From Tubiluchus corallicola (taxonomy: Eukaryota > Animalia > Priapulida): DNA of 64,000 nt. The position numbers and the translations under genes were made by a program. Below are positions 62,601-64,000 of the stretch, one piece after another; the stretch's first letter is position 1, and each line of letters begins with the position of its first letter. Location: the NCBI GenBank assembly GCA_030141605.1, contig JAQGDQ010000031.1, positions 62,001-126,000 on the forward strand, written 5' to 3'. Below the pieces are notes generated by a model. It was not told the origin of the DNA and did no database searches. It was given only the letters and a program-made list of their open reading frames with translations.

Positions 62601-63779
62601 TTAAGCCGACATTTTTTGTATGATCATATAATCATATCTCTGTATTTTTGGTTTTGGTACTTGCATGGTAATAAATAGTCTTATGTTATAATGTTATGTT
62701 ATGTTATGCCATGTTATGCTACATTATATAATGTTATGTCATGTGTTGTGTCATGTCATGTCGTGTCATGTCATTTCATGTCATGTTGTTATTTATATAT
62801 TATGAAGCAGTATATAAAAAGTTGCAGACCCTAATTTTACAAGCTGTGTATTATGGGATCAAAATAATATTGAAGAATGTTGTTTCAGGTATGAAGGCAC
62901 GGGAAGATCACTTTCCCTGAAGCTCATACAGCAAATGAAGCAACAGACGTCAACATTAGGTGCAACAGCTGAGGGTAATGCCATGATTCGGGCAGGGAAA
63001 AAATCAGACTCTCTAGTTTCCGCTTCAGGCAGTAAGTACCCGGGTAACATTACAGATGACAAGGCAATGATGCATTTTTATCTGTTATAGTGTGCCTGGG
63101 TTATTATGATGTTCTTTATTATTATCATTACCTCTTTTCTCAAATTATTTTCGATAGCATTTGTTTCTGTTTGTGTATGTAGTGCACAGTATTTTGTCAA
63201 ATTCAAGTCTGTTTATCGTAACCAACTCATTGTTTAAAATCTAGGCACTCAAACAGTACTAACTGAGAATAATGTAATTTATGCATATAAAATTAATGTT
63301 GAAATGCAATTTGTTAATCAACTAATTAATGACATTATTAAGTTATTAGTACCTTCCATTTTTAATGAGTCACTAGCTTCCAAATGTGGCAAATAAAGGA
63401 AGCAATGAAGTTTTCTTTGTATTTCGTTTCCATGCCAACTGCAAGAGCTAATATAGCCTAAGAGTGAAGAATCCATATCATTAACAAAATGTAGTTAATT
63501 GTTTTTAGTAAAACTACAATTTGTTATTCAGGTCGAGTTCTGCATGAAATTGAACTGGTTGAATCGATTCGGTACAAGCCAGGCGACGAAGTTGAGAAGT
63601 GGCTAAATGAGCTGCTCTGTCTAAATGTTAACAATGTTGAGCGTATATCTTCTGGTTGTCCGGTACCGGAAAACTGCGATCTGTACTATATAAATCGCGA
63701 TTCTCTCTTCAGTTACCACAAAGCCTCGGAGACGTTCCTCCAGCGTCTCATGTCAATTTATGTGTCATCACATTACAAG
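56614..63779 (+). CDS. NAT10: RNA cytidine acetyltransferase NAT10 (first 9 coding exons; continues beyond window)
   Basis: Exons 56614-56721, 57034-57125, 58148-58319, 59375-59497, 60047-60223, 60556-60891, 61775-62010, 62889-63031, 63532-63779, in phase. Motifs: MPRKKIDNRIRVLIENGV, DFEAMTPNLLARTIETVEGGG, Walker A TAARGRGKSAALG, VVIDEAAAIPLP, SSTVNGYEGTGRSLSLKL, YVSSHYK. Probable non-coding exons end near 55601 and at 56059-56165. Confidence 0.97.
58522..59071 (+). mobile_element. TTAA-type MITE, uninterrupted copy B (NAT10 intron 3)
   Basis: Ends ttca|aggaaaggtagtcg and cgcttgacttttcct|ttaa. Homologous to 3836-4095 plus 4612-4850. Confidence 0.82.
60840..60947 (+). repeat. 54-bp tandem duplication spanning the NAT10 exon 6 donor
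   Basis: aaggactttgtttgagtttgtgtgcaaaggttttgatgctttagaataccaggt followed by aaggattttgtttgagtttgtgtacaaaggttttcatacattaggatatcaggt. Confidence 0.93.
61070..61115 (+). mobile_element. 5S-rRNA-like internal-promoter fragment (possible SINE3-type relic)
   Basis: tcagtaagtggatgggtgaccg resembles 5S TTAGTACTTGGATGGG(A/T)GACCG. A similar relic agtaattagatgggtgatcc lies at ~51654-51673. Confidence 0.35.
62683..62787. repeat. (ATGTT)n/(ATGTC)n pentanucleotide repeat
   Basis: Directly visible degenerate pentamer array. Confidence 0.85.
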
Positions 63780-64000
63780 GTCAGTGTGCAATGCTCATGA
63801 CAAGTGCAGTTCTAGTTTAGTTTAGTTTTAGTTTATTAGACACCAAATAAAAAATAAACAACATACATTAAATATATGTACACGCATATACATCATATAA
63901 AAACATGCAATGCACATTAAAATATGTACACACATAAAAACAACATAGTAATAGGGAAGACCCAAAAAGCAAATGCTTATTACATGTTACATGTGCCTTT

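Noticed and set aside
55600-64000. SNORD13/U13 homologue hosted in NAT10
   Set aside because: No antisense element to the 18S 3' end (ccttgttacgac-like) was seen by eye. The resemblance at ~57544 lacks C/D boxes.

Overview
AT-rich, intron-rich animal genomic DNA. The MED19 N-terminus (SPKSSPR...RQDSTGTL) points to an arthropod, but the species cannot be determined. The right ~40 kb holds four spliced nuclear genes that I could reconstruct exon by exon with GT-AG junctions in phase: MED19 (+, 24473-27303), NUP50 (-, 31203-36932), a PHF21A/BHC80 orthologue (+, 41584-54165) and NAT10 (+, from 56614, running off the window). The left ~22 kb has no recognisable protein. It contains microsatellites, MITEs, retroelement relics and a few small candidate minus-strand exons. 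Several transposon insertions are nested and are confirmed by empty-site copies elsewhere in the window. Best leads: (i) a 516-bp TSD-flanked RTE-derived element whose 5' end fits a degenerate HDV-like ribozyme fold; (ii) a head-to-head NUP50/PHF21 pair that mirrors human NUP50/PHF21B; (iii) a CpG-rich internal PHF21A promoter with an in-phase alternative first exon [14 protein letters not shown]; (iv) an in-frame duplicated splice donor in NAT10; (v) two box C/D-like RNAs in a probable NAT10 5'-UTR intron. I found no CRISPR, tRNA or rRNA genes and no clearly new multi-gene system. All homology calls come from recalled family motifs, not from database searches.
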